From: Bacteroidales bacterium
Lineage (GTDB): Bacteria; Bacteroidota; Bacteroidia; Bacteroidales; UBA10428
DNA: 64,000 nt
Assembly: GCA_016936215.1 (NCBI GenBank)
Contig: JAFGPL010000111.1
Location: forward strand, 12,459-76,458
Direction: 5' to 3'
Shown: piece after piece, positions 9,668-19,901 of the stretch
Position numbering within the stretch: the stretch's first letter is position 1
Layout of the letters: every line of letters begins with the position of its first letter
Program-made: the position numbers and the translations under genes
Notes under the pieces: model-generated
Databases searched by the model: none
What the model saw: the letters and a program-made list of their open reading frames with translations, nothing else
Told to the model about the DNA's origin: nothing

Positions 9668-11158
9668 CTAATATATCAAAGGCAGGTCTTTGTTGAGCTT
9701 TTTGTCTTTTCTGCAAGCAAATACCAGGTTAAATCCCATCCTGAAATTCACTGACCTTGCCTTATGGGGTACAATAATGCCCGATTCCACATCTCTTGCA
9801 TATACTAGCGGTATATTGTCGCTAATGATATACCAGTTAAACGGACCGGCCTTCAAGGCAAGGCCTGCGCCAAAATTGTTATAAGTACGGTTCATGATGG
9901 TATAATTGAACGACGCTGAAATCATTTTAATCGGGTAGAAATTGGCAGATAAGCTGAGTTGCTGCCTGATTCTTCCTTTATAAATTTCGCTTCTCGAAAG
10001 CAAGCCTACACTTATCTCGTCAATTAACTGATACCTTACACCCAGGTATACTTTTGCAGGCAGATAGGTTGTATAGGCTGTTTCGGTTTCTGAATTGTTG
10101 TTAATAAATGAATTCTCAAGAGAATCAAGCAGGCCCTGTCCGAAATCTTCGTTGCCATATACTTGTATGATTACTCCACTATCTGTCTGATTAAAGGTTA
10201 CTTCCGGGTCAAAAACAAATCTCGTGTCCTGTTCGAGATTATACGTATAGTTTTTCCACCTTATAAACCCAAGGTCCAGTATACTGGCAGAAAGGGTAAG
10301 CTGTTCTATCGGCTTTACATGTATTCCAAGGTCGAGCCCCAGCCCGAAATTACCTGTTAGGGCGCTGATGTAATCATGTACTTCCATATCTTCGTCGAAA
10401 GTAACATCATCAAGGTTAAACCTGTTTTCTTCATCCCGGGGGATAATAAGACCGGGAACTGAAACATTAAGGTTGTATTTGGAATCAACAGTCCAGTTGT
10501 CAAATGAAGTATTGAGGGTGATGTCTGACTTTTTGGTGGCAATATTTGCCTGACCAAGGATAAATTTACCCCTGTAGCCAAAGGTAACCATATCGCTTAG
10601 TTTATGAGATACCCCCATCGAAAACTCGGTATAACTCATTGCATTTACGCCCAGGCTGCTAAGGTCGAACTCATCTTCTTCTTCGTTACCGTTTATTGCC
10701 AGCCTGATGATATCTCCCGGGTAGGTGAAACGGGCAAATACTTTTTGGGTAATATCAAAAGAGTAATACAATTCACCCGATCTGAACCCCCATGAAGCAA
10801 TACTTGTGCTCACATCAGCCGAAACATGGTTTGCCGCAGCAAAATTATCAAGAAATTCCTGCGGATCGGCATCGGGGTGCAAAAAGGTTATGGTTGAATC
10901 GCCATTATACCATAATACATCATTCAGGCTGAAGGCACTGTTCTCAGCCGTAGCCTGCACAGGGGCTGCACCAGGTAATCCTAAATAAAATCCGCATCGC
11001 GGCTGGGTTGCCGGATTGAGCAGGTGAGACTGTGGCACACCTTGCATATAATACAGGATATTGCTTTGCTGTGCAGCAGCATGATGCCCTTTCAGAAAAA
11101 ACAATACAACAACCAAAAAAAGGGTATTGGTAAATTTTCCAGGTTTATAAAGTATCAT
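9668..11158 (-). CDS. Predicted outer-membrane beta-barrel protein of unknown function (PorP/FadL-like N-terminal motif)
   Basis: Signal peptide MILYKPGKFTNTLFLVVVLFFLKGHHAAAQQ. The YYMQGVPQSHLLNPA motif resembles the ...NPA.. box of PorP/SprF proteins. Alternating beta-strand-like sequence, ending in an aromatic residue (..LPLIY). The track start (TTG at 11185) would overlap the upstream gene by 8 nt; the ATG is at 11158. Confidence 0.6.
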   Translation of the reverse strand: MILYKPGKFTNTLFLVVVLFFLKGHHAAAQQSNILYYMQGVPQSHLLNPATQPRCGFYLGLPGAAPVQATAENSAFSLNDVLWYNGDSTITFLHPDADPQEFLDNFAAANHVSADVSTSIASWGFRSGELYYSFDITQKVFARFTYPGDIIRLAINGNEEEDEFDLSSLGVNAMSYTEFSMGVSHKLSDMVTFGYRGKFILGQANIATKKSDITLNTSFDNWTVDSKYNLNVSVPGLIIPRDEENRFNLDDVTFDEDMEVHDYISALTGNFGLGLDLGIHVKPIEQLTLSASILDLGFIRWKNYTYNLEQDTRFVFDPEVTFNQTDSGVIIQVYGNEDFGQGLLDSLENSFINNNSETETAYTTYLPAKVYLGVRYQLIDEISVGLLSRSEIYKGRIRQQLSLSANFYPIKMISASFNYTIMNRTYNNFGAGLALKAGPFNWYIISDNIPLVYARDVESGIIVPHKARSVNFRMGFNLVFACRKDKKLNKDLPLIY

Positions 11159-11177
11159 GGTTTTATTTTTTCTTAGT

Positions 11178-12830
11178 TTATTCAATATTGCCCGTATAAT
11201 GAATTTTTGTTTCTATATTAAACTTAAAACCAAGCGAATAGGTGCTGAGGATTTTAACAGAACTTACGGTTTCAGGGTTATAGGAAGACAATTCACCAAT
11301 AATGATAACTTTGTTTGCCCTGTTAAAGAAATTTTCAATCTCTTTGCTGCTTAGTTCCATAACACCTGGAACTTCTGCAACCTGTTCTGTTAAAGAGATT
11401 CCGCTTTCATCAACTGCGGCAGCTTTAAGCAGTAACTTGTCACCACGGTTGTTCACAACAATGGTATCTACATTTACATTGCTGATTGAATCATGCAAAA
11501 TTAGGGTAACGCCAACATTTAGAGGAAATTCGTTTCTGAACCTATAGTGCAGGTTGGCATATTCGATATATTGTACATCTTCACTGTCTTCAATGTCAAG
11601 TTTCGTCGTATCACGAAACTGCAGGTCAGCCCTGAATTCAAGGGGCACTTCTATTTCCAGTCCAAGGAGTAATTGACTGTTTCCGAGGATATAGTTTTGC
11701 GCACCGGTATTCCCATCGGGATTAGCCTGCACATTCACAGCAAAACCAATCTGCTCGGGAGGCGGAAACACCAGGAACTGGTCTATGTTGGATATATTGT
11801 TCCTGTTGAAAGAAAGCATAGAAGAAACTTCAGGGTTGGTGTAATCCTCTGAAATGGTAATCCTTTGCATTCCCGGTTCAAGCACTACACTGTCACCATC
11901 TTCAAAATAACCTTTTACCTTCAGGTTAAATCCTATTGGCAGTCCGAAAGAGTGGGTATATAAAAAATTAATCTTTGGGTTGGTAATTGCAAACGTACCC
12001 GATAATCCTTCTATTTCACCAAGATCAACATCAATAATGGTATCTTCTGCAAAGGCAGTGTCACCGGCATACCCAAAAGCTCTTTCAAAATCATTAAGGT
12101 CTTGTATGCTGAAATCAATTTCTGCAGTACTATTGGCCTTTATGGTTTCACCAGCCTGCATTGCAACAACAACAATAAAATTCACTTCCATTTTGGAATA
12201 GTCTGGATTATCGTTGTTTACTACCAATTTTGCATTCTGCAATGGCACTGAGTGTGTTTGCTGGTAATCTCCCGATGCCCGTGAAAACTGAATAATTGTA
12301 TCGTATGGTTCACCATTCATGTAAAGCGATGGACTGGTAATCCTTAATGCCCCTACAGCACTGAAAGTTGAATGGATATCCATAACAAGGGTACCGGAAT
12401 TGGTAAGGATACTATCAAGACGCATACCGTTTTCAAGTGTTATCTGAAAGCTGTCAGTCTGCACAAGAGTATATACCTGGGGTGTAGCAAACACAAGATC
12501 ATAAGGCGGAGAAGTAATATCGTAATGCTGCGACCCCTGGTCGGGGATTTCGATAAAATCGGCCACATTGAAATTATATACAGAGTCTTGTCTGATATAA
12601 ACATAAATTGAATCCCCTCGCAGCACAATAACCGAGTCTTCATCCTGGGCATCGTATATATCGGCAATGGTAAAGGAGCCACGAATAACAGGGGCATGTA
12701 ACTCAGGATTGTATTCAATCATCCCTGATATGTTTTCAAAATCAATTTCATCTTTGATGCAGGCCTGCCAAAATAAAACTGAAACACCTGTAAGTGCTAA
12801 AAGGCTGCTAAAGAGTTTTTTTGTTTTCAT
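11178..12830 (-). CDS. Lipoprotein of unknown function
   Basis: Lipobox ...VLFWQAC. 550 aa, acidic and beta-rich. No recognised catalytic motif. Confidence 0.6.
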   Translation of the reverse strand: MKTKKLFSSLLALTGVSVLFWQACIKDEIDFENISGMIEYNPELHAPVIRGSFTIADIYDAQDEDSVIVLRGDSIYVYIRQDSVYNFNVADFIEIPDQGSQHYDITSPPYDLVFATPQVYTLVQTDSFQITLENGMRLDSILTNSGTLVMDIHSTFSAVGALRITSPSLYMNGEPYDTIIQFSRASGDYQQTHSVPLQNAKLVVNNDNPDYSKMEVNFIVVVAMQAGETIKANSTAEIDFSIQDLNDFERAFGYAGDTAFAEDTIIDVDLGEIEGLSGTFAITNPKINFLYTHSFGLPIGFNLKVKGYFEDGDSVVLEPGMQRITISEDYTNPEVSSMLSFNRNNISNIDQFLVFPPPEQIGFAVNVQANPDGNTGAQNYILGNSQLLLGLEIEVPLEFRADLQFRDTTKLDIEDSEDVQYIEYANLHYRFRNEFPLNVGVTLILHDSISNVNVDTIVVNNRGDKLLLKAAAVDESGISLTEQVAEVPGVMELSSKEIENFFNRANKVIIIGELSSYNPETVSSVKILSTYSLGFKFNIETKIHYTGNIE

Positions 12831-12850
12831 GGTTCTTACTTTAATCTGAC

Positions 12851-15637
12851 CTATTGTACGGCATAATTATATAAAAAGTTGTTGTCCCCCCCTGTTATCA
12901 GGTTAAAATGAGATATGGTGCTGCCAAGATACCCGATACTGAACTGGGTGCAACCCCTGAGAGGAAAACCTTTATACATTGAGCCATCACTATTTATTAG
13001 AAAAATTAAGCATTTTTTCTTAGAAACTAAACCAATTTTCCTGTCATTTGCTGAAAAATGATAATAAACGGGTGAAATATCAACCGGCACCCCGGGATCA
13101 TAAGTGAATAATTTTGTCTTATCGTGTCTGAAAACAGTAAGTTTGTTTTCATCAAGAAAAATAAAATCTTTATGGCCGTCGCCGTCTACATCTTTCAGAT
13201 CGAAAAAATGATAAGGGGTACAAGCTAACAGGTTTGTTTTTTCAATTCTTTCATCGGGAAAAATCTTATACACAGTACCGGCTGTATCGGTAAATGCGAT
13301 GAACGAGTTTTGAAGCTCACCGGTAGGTTCAAGATAATAATTGTTGTTCAATGACCTGGGTATAAGTTCTTTCACTTCGATACGGGTATTGCCTTTCCTG
13401 TCGAGAATATAAGTATTGAGGTTATCGCCGAATACGATGTAGTCGCGGTCTTTCACCCTGAAATGGTTCAAGGGTTGTGTTACTTCGCTTTCTGTCTTTT
13501 CGGGCGACCATCCTTTTACAATGTTGCCTTCCTTATCATAGGCATAAACCTGCCTGTCCTCACAGGCGATAAATATCCTGTAATTTTTATTATCGTCATA
13601 GTCAAAAAGGGCCATGCCGTTGGTGGCAGGAGATCGTAATTTAACGGGATATCTTTCTACATAATTGCCGTTTCTGTCAATCAGGTGAAGATAATTTTCT
13701 GTGCTGAACAGCAATTGCAGTTTGCCGTTCATGTAATAATCAACCTGGAAGATTCCGCTTTTGATTTTTTCAGGTATACTCTGCTTCCAAAGTATTCTAC
13801 CCACCTGATTTATAAGATATATGTTGTTTTTTTCATCCTGCACAAAAATCTCGGTTTGCCTGGTGTTATGGTTAATAACAAATTGCGGCTTAAAGCTGAC
13901 TGTTGTATCTAAAAGGCTTTCCCATACAGTTCTGGGTTTATCGTTGTACTCCGTTACGCCTTTCATGAAAATGCTTGTATATAAATACTTTCTCTGCGAA
14001 CTTAACTGAAAACCAATTACTTTGGCTTTCTGAAAAATATGAATATTTTCCTCCCAGGTTTTAACTACTTCGGGTAAAAGATATTCTGAATAGTTAAGGA
14101 CAGACCTGCTTAAATCACAATAAAAAGTAACGGTGTTGCGTGGTGATAAATAGTCTTTAAATTCACGGTAAGAAGGATCTGTTAACAGGGTTCGGTTTAA
14201 AACATTCGCATGTATGAATTTTGACAATGATTCAACCGATTCTCCAAAAACAAGGTAGTTGTCAATAAAAGTAAAATAGTCTGTGTTACCCTGGTTAAAG
14301 AAACCTCCCAAGAATGTTTCAATAAAGCCCTGGTAGGGCATTTTATAAACAGCAAAAGAAAGTTCGTTATCAATTCTATAATTAAAGTGAAAACCCGATT
14401 TGTCTTTTCTGTCTGCAGCAGCAACCCTGTCAATGAAATCAGTGAGTATTTTTTCAGAATGCCCCTTGCTTTTGGTATTGACCACAACATATGCATTGGT
14501 ATTGCGCTTATTCGAATCAAAAGCCTCAAAAGCCAGTGCAATTTCATTGTCTACAAGACCATAAAAAACATCTTGAATATCTGAACTGTATTTGCTTTTA
14601 AGAAGTGTCACCTGTTTATTGTAGTCGTTTAACCGGCCAGTGGTTGTTAGCTGTTTTTTATAATTTTCAAGATAAAGATTTACATCGGACAGGTTAAAAG
14701 AAATATATGATGTAATGGTGGCCGGAAGAAAATTATCAATCGTAATTTTGGAGGGTGACTGATTTAAAAATAAGCTGCCGGTCTGCTGTACCGAATCACC
14801 CAGCACAGTAAAACCGTTTAATAAAATGGCCTCGTCCGGCAAATTCAGGTCAAGTGCTGCCCATTCTGCAAAATCATTGCCTGACAGAAGACGCGAACGG
14901 TAGTCACTTTTTAGATAGAGGCCGGCACTTTTCGGCAGATGATGATAATTCAGAAAAATATTGGCATCTACATTTTTGCCAACAGTTTTCAGCAATTCCA
15001 CAAATTTCTCATCATCTGCAATAGATTCTGTAACGGTAAGCTGCCTCAATGCATCCTCGACGAGCAAAGGTGAGAAACTTAGTATTAATAAACCTTTGGT
15101 AACAGTATATGAAAAATTATCAACGATGTCCTTGTCAAGCAGTCTTATATCGAAAATTTCAGCATTTTCATATTTTCTTGATGTTATGGTACCGGAATTC
15201 TCTACCAGGTTTTCAATAGTCTGATTAATGCTCTTTTCATGAATTCCCTTAGGCATTTTTAGTACAAAAGCAAAACTTAACTTACCTTTTCCCGTAACAT
15301 GCATGCTGATATAAAATGGATTGTAATTTAATATCTCCCTGATATTTTTGTCTGCCCTTGAAACTGAGTCTAAAAAATATATCTGTTGTTCTATTCTTTT
15401 AAGGCTTTGTATACCTGTTGTTATTTCCCAAACACTGTTTTTTCTGAGATTTTGCACCAAACGTCCATAATCGTTCACCTGGATGATCAAAGCGGCATCA
15501 ACGGGAATAGCTTTTAGTGGCTCGTCGGTTTTTTTCATCCTCCCTTTTTGAAACAAAAAAAAGAAAACAACTATGACTGCTACAACCACTAAACCAATTA
15601 GAATAATATGTTTTCTTCCAACCATTTTTCTACACAT
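12851..15637 (-). CDS. Membrane-anchored protein of unknown function with a C-terminal beta-propeller-like repeat region
   Basis: One N-terminal TM helix (IILIGLVVVAVIVVFFFLF). The C-terminal third has repeated ~45-aa units (IYLINQVGRILW, LHLIDRNGNYV, VYAYDKEGNIV, TYILDRKGNTR, DVDGDGHKDFIF, LINSDGSMYKGFP) resembling PQQ/FG-GAP propeller blades. Possible starts are TTG 15640, ATG 15637 and ATG 15625. Confidence 0.6.
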   Translation of the reverse strand: MCRKMVGRKHIILIGLVVVAVIVVFFFLFQKGRMKKTDEPLKAIPVDAALIIQVNDYGRLVQNLRKNSVWEITTGIQSLKRIEQQIYFLDSVSRADKNIREILNYNPFYISMHVTGKGKLSFAFVLKMPKGIHEKSINQTIENLVENSGTITSRKYENAEIFDIRLLDKDIVDNFSYTVTKGLLILSFSPLLVEDALRQLTVTESIADDEKFVELLKTVGKNVDANIFLNYHHLPKSAGLYLKSDYRSRLLSGNDFAEWAALDLNLPDEAILLNGFTVLGDSVQQTGSLFLNQSPSKITIDNFLPATITSYISFNLSDVNLYLENYKKQLTTTGRLNDYNKQVTLLKSKYSSDIQDVFYGLVDNEIALAFEAFDSNKRNTNAYVVVNTKSKGHSEKILTDFIDRVAAADRKDKSGFHFNYRIDNELSFAVYKMPYQGFIETFLGGFFNQGNTDYFTFIDNYLVFGESVESLSKFIHANVLNRTLLTDPSYREFKDYLSPRNTVTFYCDLSRSVLNYSEYLLPEVVKTWEENIHIFQKAKVIGFQLSSQRKYLYTSIFMKGVTEYNDKPRTVWESLLDTTVSFKPQFVINHNTRQTEIFVQDEKNNIYLINQVGRILWKQSIPEKIKSGIFQVDYYMNGKLQLLFSTENYLHLIDRNGNYVERYPVKLRSPATNGMALFDYDDNKNYRIFIACEDRQVYAYDKEGNIVKGWSPEKTESEVTQPLNHFRVKDRDYIVFGDNLNTYILDRKGNTRIEVKELIPRSLNNNYYLEPTGELQNSFIAFTDTAGTVYKIFPDERIEKTNLLACTPYHFFDLKDVDGDGHKDFIFLDENKLTVFRHDKTKLFTYDPGVPVDISPVYYHFSANDRKIGLVSKKKCLIFLINSDGSMYKGFPLRGCTQFSIGYLGSTISHFNLITGGDNNFLYNYAVQ

Positions 15638-15642
15638 CAAAT

Positions 15643-15650
15643 CAAATATA
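15643..15650 (-). promoter_or_regulatory. Candidate Bacteroidota -7 promoter box (TATATTTG on the minus strand)
   Basis: Plus strand reads CAAATATA, which is TAnnTTTG on the minus strand. It lies immediately upstream of the 929-aa ORF start codons. Confidence 0.3.
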
Positions 15651-15862
15651 AATAATATAATGCATGGGTAAAACCAGAGTTACTAACAACCAGAAGTTAT
15701 TATGGATTAAAATCGGTTTATTTTTCATTCCCGGAAGGACAATACCCCCCGTTCACTTATGTTGAAAAACGGATAAATAATGAAAAAAAAAACGTGGTTT
15801 TTATATCTGTTTCATCAACAATTGGTATTTTAACCGATTCAAATCTGTTGTAAAAAGAGAAT

Positions 15863-16855
15863 ATGAAACAACTTGTAAGACAGGCAAAAATCATTGGAAC
15901 CGGTTCATATCTTCCTGAAAAGATCGTTACAAATAAATACCTGGAAACACTTGTTGAAACAAATGATACCTGGATTTATGAAAACCTTGGCATTAGGGAA
16001 CGTCGCGTTGCAGCAAAAGAAGAAGCTTCGAGCGATCTTGGGGCAAAAGCCGGCAGAAACGCCATTGAAAATGCAGGTTTGACCCCGGAAGAAATTGACC
16101 TGATCATTGTTGCCACATCCACCCCTGACAGGCTTGCACCTTCAACAGCCTGTATCGTGCAGGATAAGATTAAAGCATACAATGCAGTTTGCTTCGACCT
16201 TGCAGCCGTTTGTTCGGGTTTTCTTTACGGTATGTCGGTAGCATGCCAGTATGTTGCCAGCGGGGTATACGACAATGTGCTGGTAATCGGGGCCGATACT
16301 TTTTCGCGCATTACCGACTGGGAAAGAAGAGATTGTGTGTTTTTTGGCGATGGTGCAGGGGCGGCTGTTATTTCGCATGCAGAGGATTCAGAGGGGTTTC
16401 TGGCTTTCAGATTATATTCAGACGGCAGGGGTAAATATAACTTCACAGTTCCGGCAGGTGGATCGGAGATGCCCGCATCGAAGGAAACAATAGATAAAAA
16501 ACTTCATTACTACCAGATGAACGGAAAAGCAGTGTATGAAACTGCAACCAAAGTATTGCCCACAGTTATCAAAGAGGTTCTTGCAGACTCAAAAATAACT
16601 GTAGAACAAATAAAATTCCTGATACCACATCAACCCGGGATAAGAATCCTGAAAGACACAGCCAGGATTATCGGGCTGCCTTTTTCAAAGGTCATGACCA
16701 ATATGGAACACTATGCAAACACCTCGGCAGGTACCATACCCATTCTTCTTGATGAGGTAAACCGTAAAGGTCTTCTAAACAAAGGTGACATAATTCTTTT
16801 TGCTGCAATAGGCAGTGGTTGGACTTATGGGGCTTCTGTAATAAAATGGGCATAA
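15863..16855 (+). CDS. fabH: Beta-ketoacyl-ACP synthase III
   Basis: KAS III length and motifs: active-site context AAVCSGF, HQPG.. (His), ANTSAG (Asn). Confidence 0.88.
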   Translation: MKQLVRQAKIIGTGSYLPEKIVTNKYLETLVETNDTWIYENLGIRERRVAAKEEASSDLGAKAGRNAIENAGLTPEEIDLIIVATSTPDRLAPSTACIVQDKIKAYNAVCFDLAAVCSGFLYGMSVACQYVASGVYDNVLVIGADTFSRITDWERRDCVFFGDGAGAAVISHAEDSEGFLAFRLYSDGRGKYNFTVPAGGSEMPASKETIDKKLHYYQMNGKAVYETATKVLPTVIKEVLADSKITVEQIKFLIPHQPGIRILKDTARIIGLPFSKVMTNMEHYANTSAGTIPILLDEVNRKGLLNKGDIILFAAIGSGWTYGASVIKWA

Positions 16856-16976
16856 ACAGAAACCGCATTATAATTATGAAGTGTGTTACTTCCCTGTTTT
16901 TGAACATTTAAATAAATGAGTGTTGCATATTTATTAAAAATAGCGTAATTTTTCAATCCGCTAAATATCAACCAAA

Positions 16977-17657
16977 ATGATCATAATTACAGGATCTTCG
17001 AGGGGTATCGGACAGTTCCTGACAGATAAATTCAGGGCAGATAACCTTACAGTATACGGCACCTACCTTAATACCAAACCGGAAGAAGACAGCGAATATT
17101 GTTCAAAAGTCAATATTTCAGACTTTAACGAAATCATCGAATGGTTTTACCGCATAAAGCCCAAGCTTAAAAATGTAGTCTTGTTAAACTGTGCGGCAAT
17201 AAATTACAATTGTTCGGCACATAAATCAGACCTTGGCAAATGGCATGAGGTAATACAGGTGAACCTTCTGGGTACTTTTAACATGATAAGGGCCATACTG
17301 CCTTTCATGCGCGAACAGAATTACGGAAGGATCATTAATTTTTCCTCAATACTTGCACAAAGGGGAGTGGCTGGAACAAGCGCCTATGCAGCATCAAAGG
17401 CAGCCCTGTGGGGGATGTCCAAAAGTATTGCTGCCGAAAATGCAGGTAAAAATATCACCATTAATAACCTTAACCTCGGATATTTCAATATCGGGATGAT
17501 TGAACAGGTTCCCGAAGAGCTTCAAATGCAGCTTAAAAAAGAGATTCCAACGGGTGAATTCGGAAATCCTGAAGAAATATACAAAGCAGTTAAATTTTTA
17601 ATTGACTCACCCTATATCAACGGTACCTCTATAGACATTAACGGCGGGCTGTTTTAA
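16977..17657 (+). CDS. Short-chain dehydrogenase/reductase (short, 226 aa)
   Basis: TGSSRGIG cofactor motif at the very N-terminus. Catalytic YAASKAAL (YxxxK). NNLNLG. Confidence 0.75.
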   Translation: MIIITGSSRGIGQFLTDKFRADNLTVYGTYLNTKPEEDSEYCSKVNISDFNEIIEWFYRIKPKLKNVVLLNCAAINYNCSAHKSDLGKWHEVIQVNLLGTFNMIRAILPFMREQNYGRIINFSSILAQRGVAGTSAYAASKAALWGMSKSIAAENAGKNITINNLNLGYFNIGMIEQVPEELQMQLKKEIPTGEFGNPEEIYKAVKFLIDSPYINGTSIDINGGLF

Positions 17658-17681
17658 CCTGCCCGGGAAGACACTCTTTTC

Positions 17682-18650
17682 TTATTCCTGTATGTGGTTT
17701 GCAATCTTTGCTTCCTGATTAGAACCAAAATTGATGCGGGCATTTTTTATGCTGGCATTCAGTTCAAAGCCGATAAGCAACGTGAGGGCATTAAAGTTCA
17801 TCCACAGCATTAGCGCGACCAGTGCCCCTATTGATCCGAAAAACCTGTTGAATTGTGCAAAATGGTTAACAAAATACGAAAAACCTACCGAGGCAAGAAT
17901 GGTAAGCAATGTTGCCAGGATAGAGCCAGCCGTGAAAAATCTCCAGTGTGTTTTGCGTGATGGCCCGAGATAGTAGAAAAACGAAATGGATATAAAAGTG
18001 AGTATGGTTATAATAAACCACCTGCCTGTTAAAAATAAAAAATAGGTGAAATCTGCTTTAATAACTTCATTCTCAACCAATTTATTTATAAAAACTTTGT
18101 TGAAAAATAAAAGTGACAGTGCAACGGTAACCAGTATAAAAAGGATAAATACCAAAAGTATGGCTATAACCCTGCGTTGTATCCAGGGACGGGTTTCGAT
18201 GGTATGGTAGGTTACATTGAATGCCTCAATCATGCCATTGATACCTTTTTGAGCAAAGAAGAAAGCCACAAGGAACCCAAAAACCTGCATTCCGCCGCTC
18301 TTAATAAATAGCTGGTCTATAAGGGCTTCCAGGGCAATATATGAATTGGTAGGAATGATTTCGTTTAAAATCTCGAGCAACTCGTTCCTGAAATCTTTAA
18401 TAGGGAGATAGGGAATGGTAGACAGCAAAAAAATCAATGCCGGGCCAAGGGCAAGCATGAAATTAAATGCAATGGCCGATGCCCTGATGTTTAAAGACCC
18501 TTTTGACAATCCCCTGAAAAAAAATGTAATTACATCTGAAACAGGCACACCGCCAGACCCCGGGAATGAAATATCTTCAAAATAACAGGTTAATTTTTCT
18601 ATTTTACCCTTAAAAAACCGGTATTTTGGTTGTTCCCCTTCCTGTGGCAT
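17682..18650 (-). CDS. YihY/BrkB-family membrane protein
   Basis: About 6 TM helices and a YihY-like N-terminal region (FFRGLSKGSLNIRASAIAFNFMLALGPALIFL). Confidence 0.7.
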   Translation of the reverse strand: MPQEGEQPKYRFFKGKIEKLTCYFEDISFPGSGGVPVSDVITFFFRGLSKGSLNIRASAIAFNFMLALGPALIFLLSTIPYLPIKDFRNELLEILNEIIPTNSYIALEALIDQLFIKSGGMQVFGFLVAFFFAQKGINGMIEAFNVTYHTIETRPWIQRRVIAILLVFILFILVTVALSLLFFNKVFINKLVENEVIKADFTYFLFLTGRWFIITILTFISISFFYYLGPSRKTHWRFFTAGSILATLLTILASVGFSYFVNHFAQFNRFFGSIGALVALMLWMNFNALTLLIGFELNASIKNARINFGSNQEAKIANHIQE

Positions 18651-18652
18651 AA

Positions 18653-19501
18653 TTAAAAATCACATGCTTTAAGGCTCATATCAAGGCTTTTTATCTGGTG
18701 GGTGAGCGCCCCGACAGAAATGTAATCTACACCGCATTCGGCATAATCCCTTATATTATCTATGGTTATTCTTCCCGAAGACTCGGTTTCGTATCTGCCA
18801 TTGATCATCTCTAATGCAAGGCGTGTATCACCAATACTGAAATTATCGAGCATAATACGGTGAACATTCCCTGTTTCCAGAATTTCCTTTATATCGTCAA
18901 GTGTTCTCGCTTCAATTTCAATTTTCAGGTTGAGCGTGTTCCTGGCCAGGTAATCCTGCACTGCTGCAATGGCTTTGCCAATACCTCCTGCAAAATCTAT
19001 ATGGTTGTCCTTGATCAATATCATATCAAAAAGGCCGGTTCTGTGATTGCAGCCACCACCTGTCCTTACGGCAAGCTTCTCTATGAGCCGCAGGCCGGGT
19101 GTTGTTTTCCGGGTGTCGAGAATTTTTGTTTTCAAACCTTCAAGTTTCGAAGCATAGAGGTGGGTAACTGAGGCTATCCCGCTCATTCGCTGCATAAAGT
19201 TTAATACCAGCCTTTCTGACCTCAGGATGGAACGAACCGGTCCGTTCACGGTGAATGCCTCGTCACCGGGAAAAATAGCAGCCCCGTCTTTAAGAAAAAC
19301 CTCCACGGCAAGCGAAGGGTCAATTTTTCCGAAAACTTTCAGTGCAATATCAACACCTGACAAGATTCCCTCGTCTTTAATAATAAGTTTGGCGCCTCCT
19401 GTTGCAGTGGCGGGTATACATGCAAGAGATGTATGGTCGCCGTCCCCAATATCTTCGGTAATTGCAAGGTCAATGAGCTGGTCAATGAGTTTACTGTGCA
19501 T
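18653..19501 (-). CDS. nadC: Nicotinate-nucleotide pyrophosphorylase (carboxylating)
   Basis: QPRTase motifs (LDTRKTTPGLR, GGGCNHRTGLFD, IMLDN). 282 aa. Confidence 0.88.
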   Translation of the reverse strand: MHSKLIDQLIDLAITEDIGDGDHTSLACIPATATGGAKLIIKDEGILSGVDIALKVFGKIDPSLAVEVFLKDGAAIFPGDEAFTVNGPVRSILRSERLVLNFMQRMSGIASVTHLYASKLEGLKTKILDTRKTTPGLRLIEKLAVRTGGGCNHRTGLFDMILIKDNHIDFAGGIGKAIAAVQDYLARNTLNLKIEIEARTLDDIKEILETGNVHRIMLDNFSIGDTRLALEMINGRYETESSGRITIDNIRDYAECGVDYISVGALTHQIKSLDMSLKACDF

Positions 19502-19901
19502 TCTCTTTCTCTATTCTGAGTTGGTGGATGTAAGGCATGTTATCTTTAATCTTTACAAGAAGGGTAAGCCGGTAATCACCTTTTACGGTATTAAGGTTGC
19601 CGATAGCATATCTCGAATCTTCCTTACCACCTTTATGAATGATTGAAAAGCTGTTTACAGGGTTCTTTATGAAAAAATCCTTCAGGATAAGTTCTGCCTG
19701 CTCTTTGCTGTATATCTGCTCATTTCCGTCTATCGTAAGTTCAACATTTACATTGATATATTTTGCAAGATCAGATGCACTTCCTTTCTTAAGGGCAAGA
19801 ATAATTCCATCGGGAATATCCGGTGGCAAAAAACCGGTTGTATTGCCCGACATAAGAAGCAACCCTATAAAAACAGCCAGGTATAGTTTGATCTGTTTCA
19901 T
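19491..19901 (-). CDS. Small secreted protein (DUF4783-like)
   Basis: Signal peptide, 136 aa. Overlaps the nadC start by 11 nt, so it is probably co-transcribed. The family name is from memory only. Confidence 0.5.
   Translation of the reverse strand: MKQIKLYLAVFIGLLLMSGNTTGFLPPDIPDGIILALKKGSASDLAKYINVNVELTIDGNEQIYSKEQAELILKDFFIKNPVNSFSIIHKGGKEDSRYAIGNLNTVKGDYRLTLLVKIKDNMPYIHQLRIEKENAQ

Noticed and set aside
15780-15827. 15-codon mini-ORF (MKKKTWFLYLFHQQLVF) upstream of fabH, a possible leader peptide
   Set aside because: It is too short to support from sequence alone, and I see no attenuator-like alternative hairpins around it.
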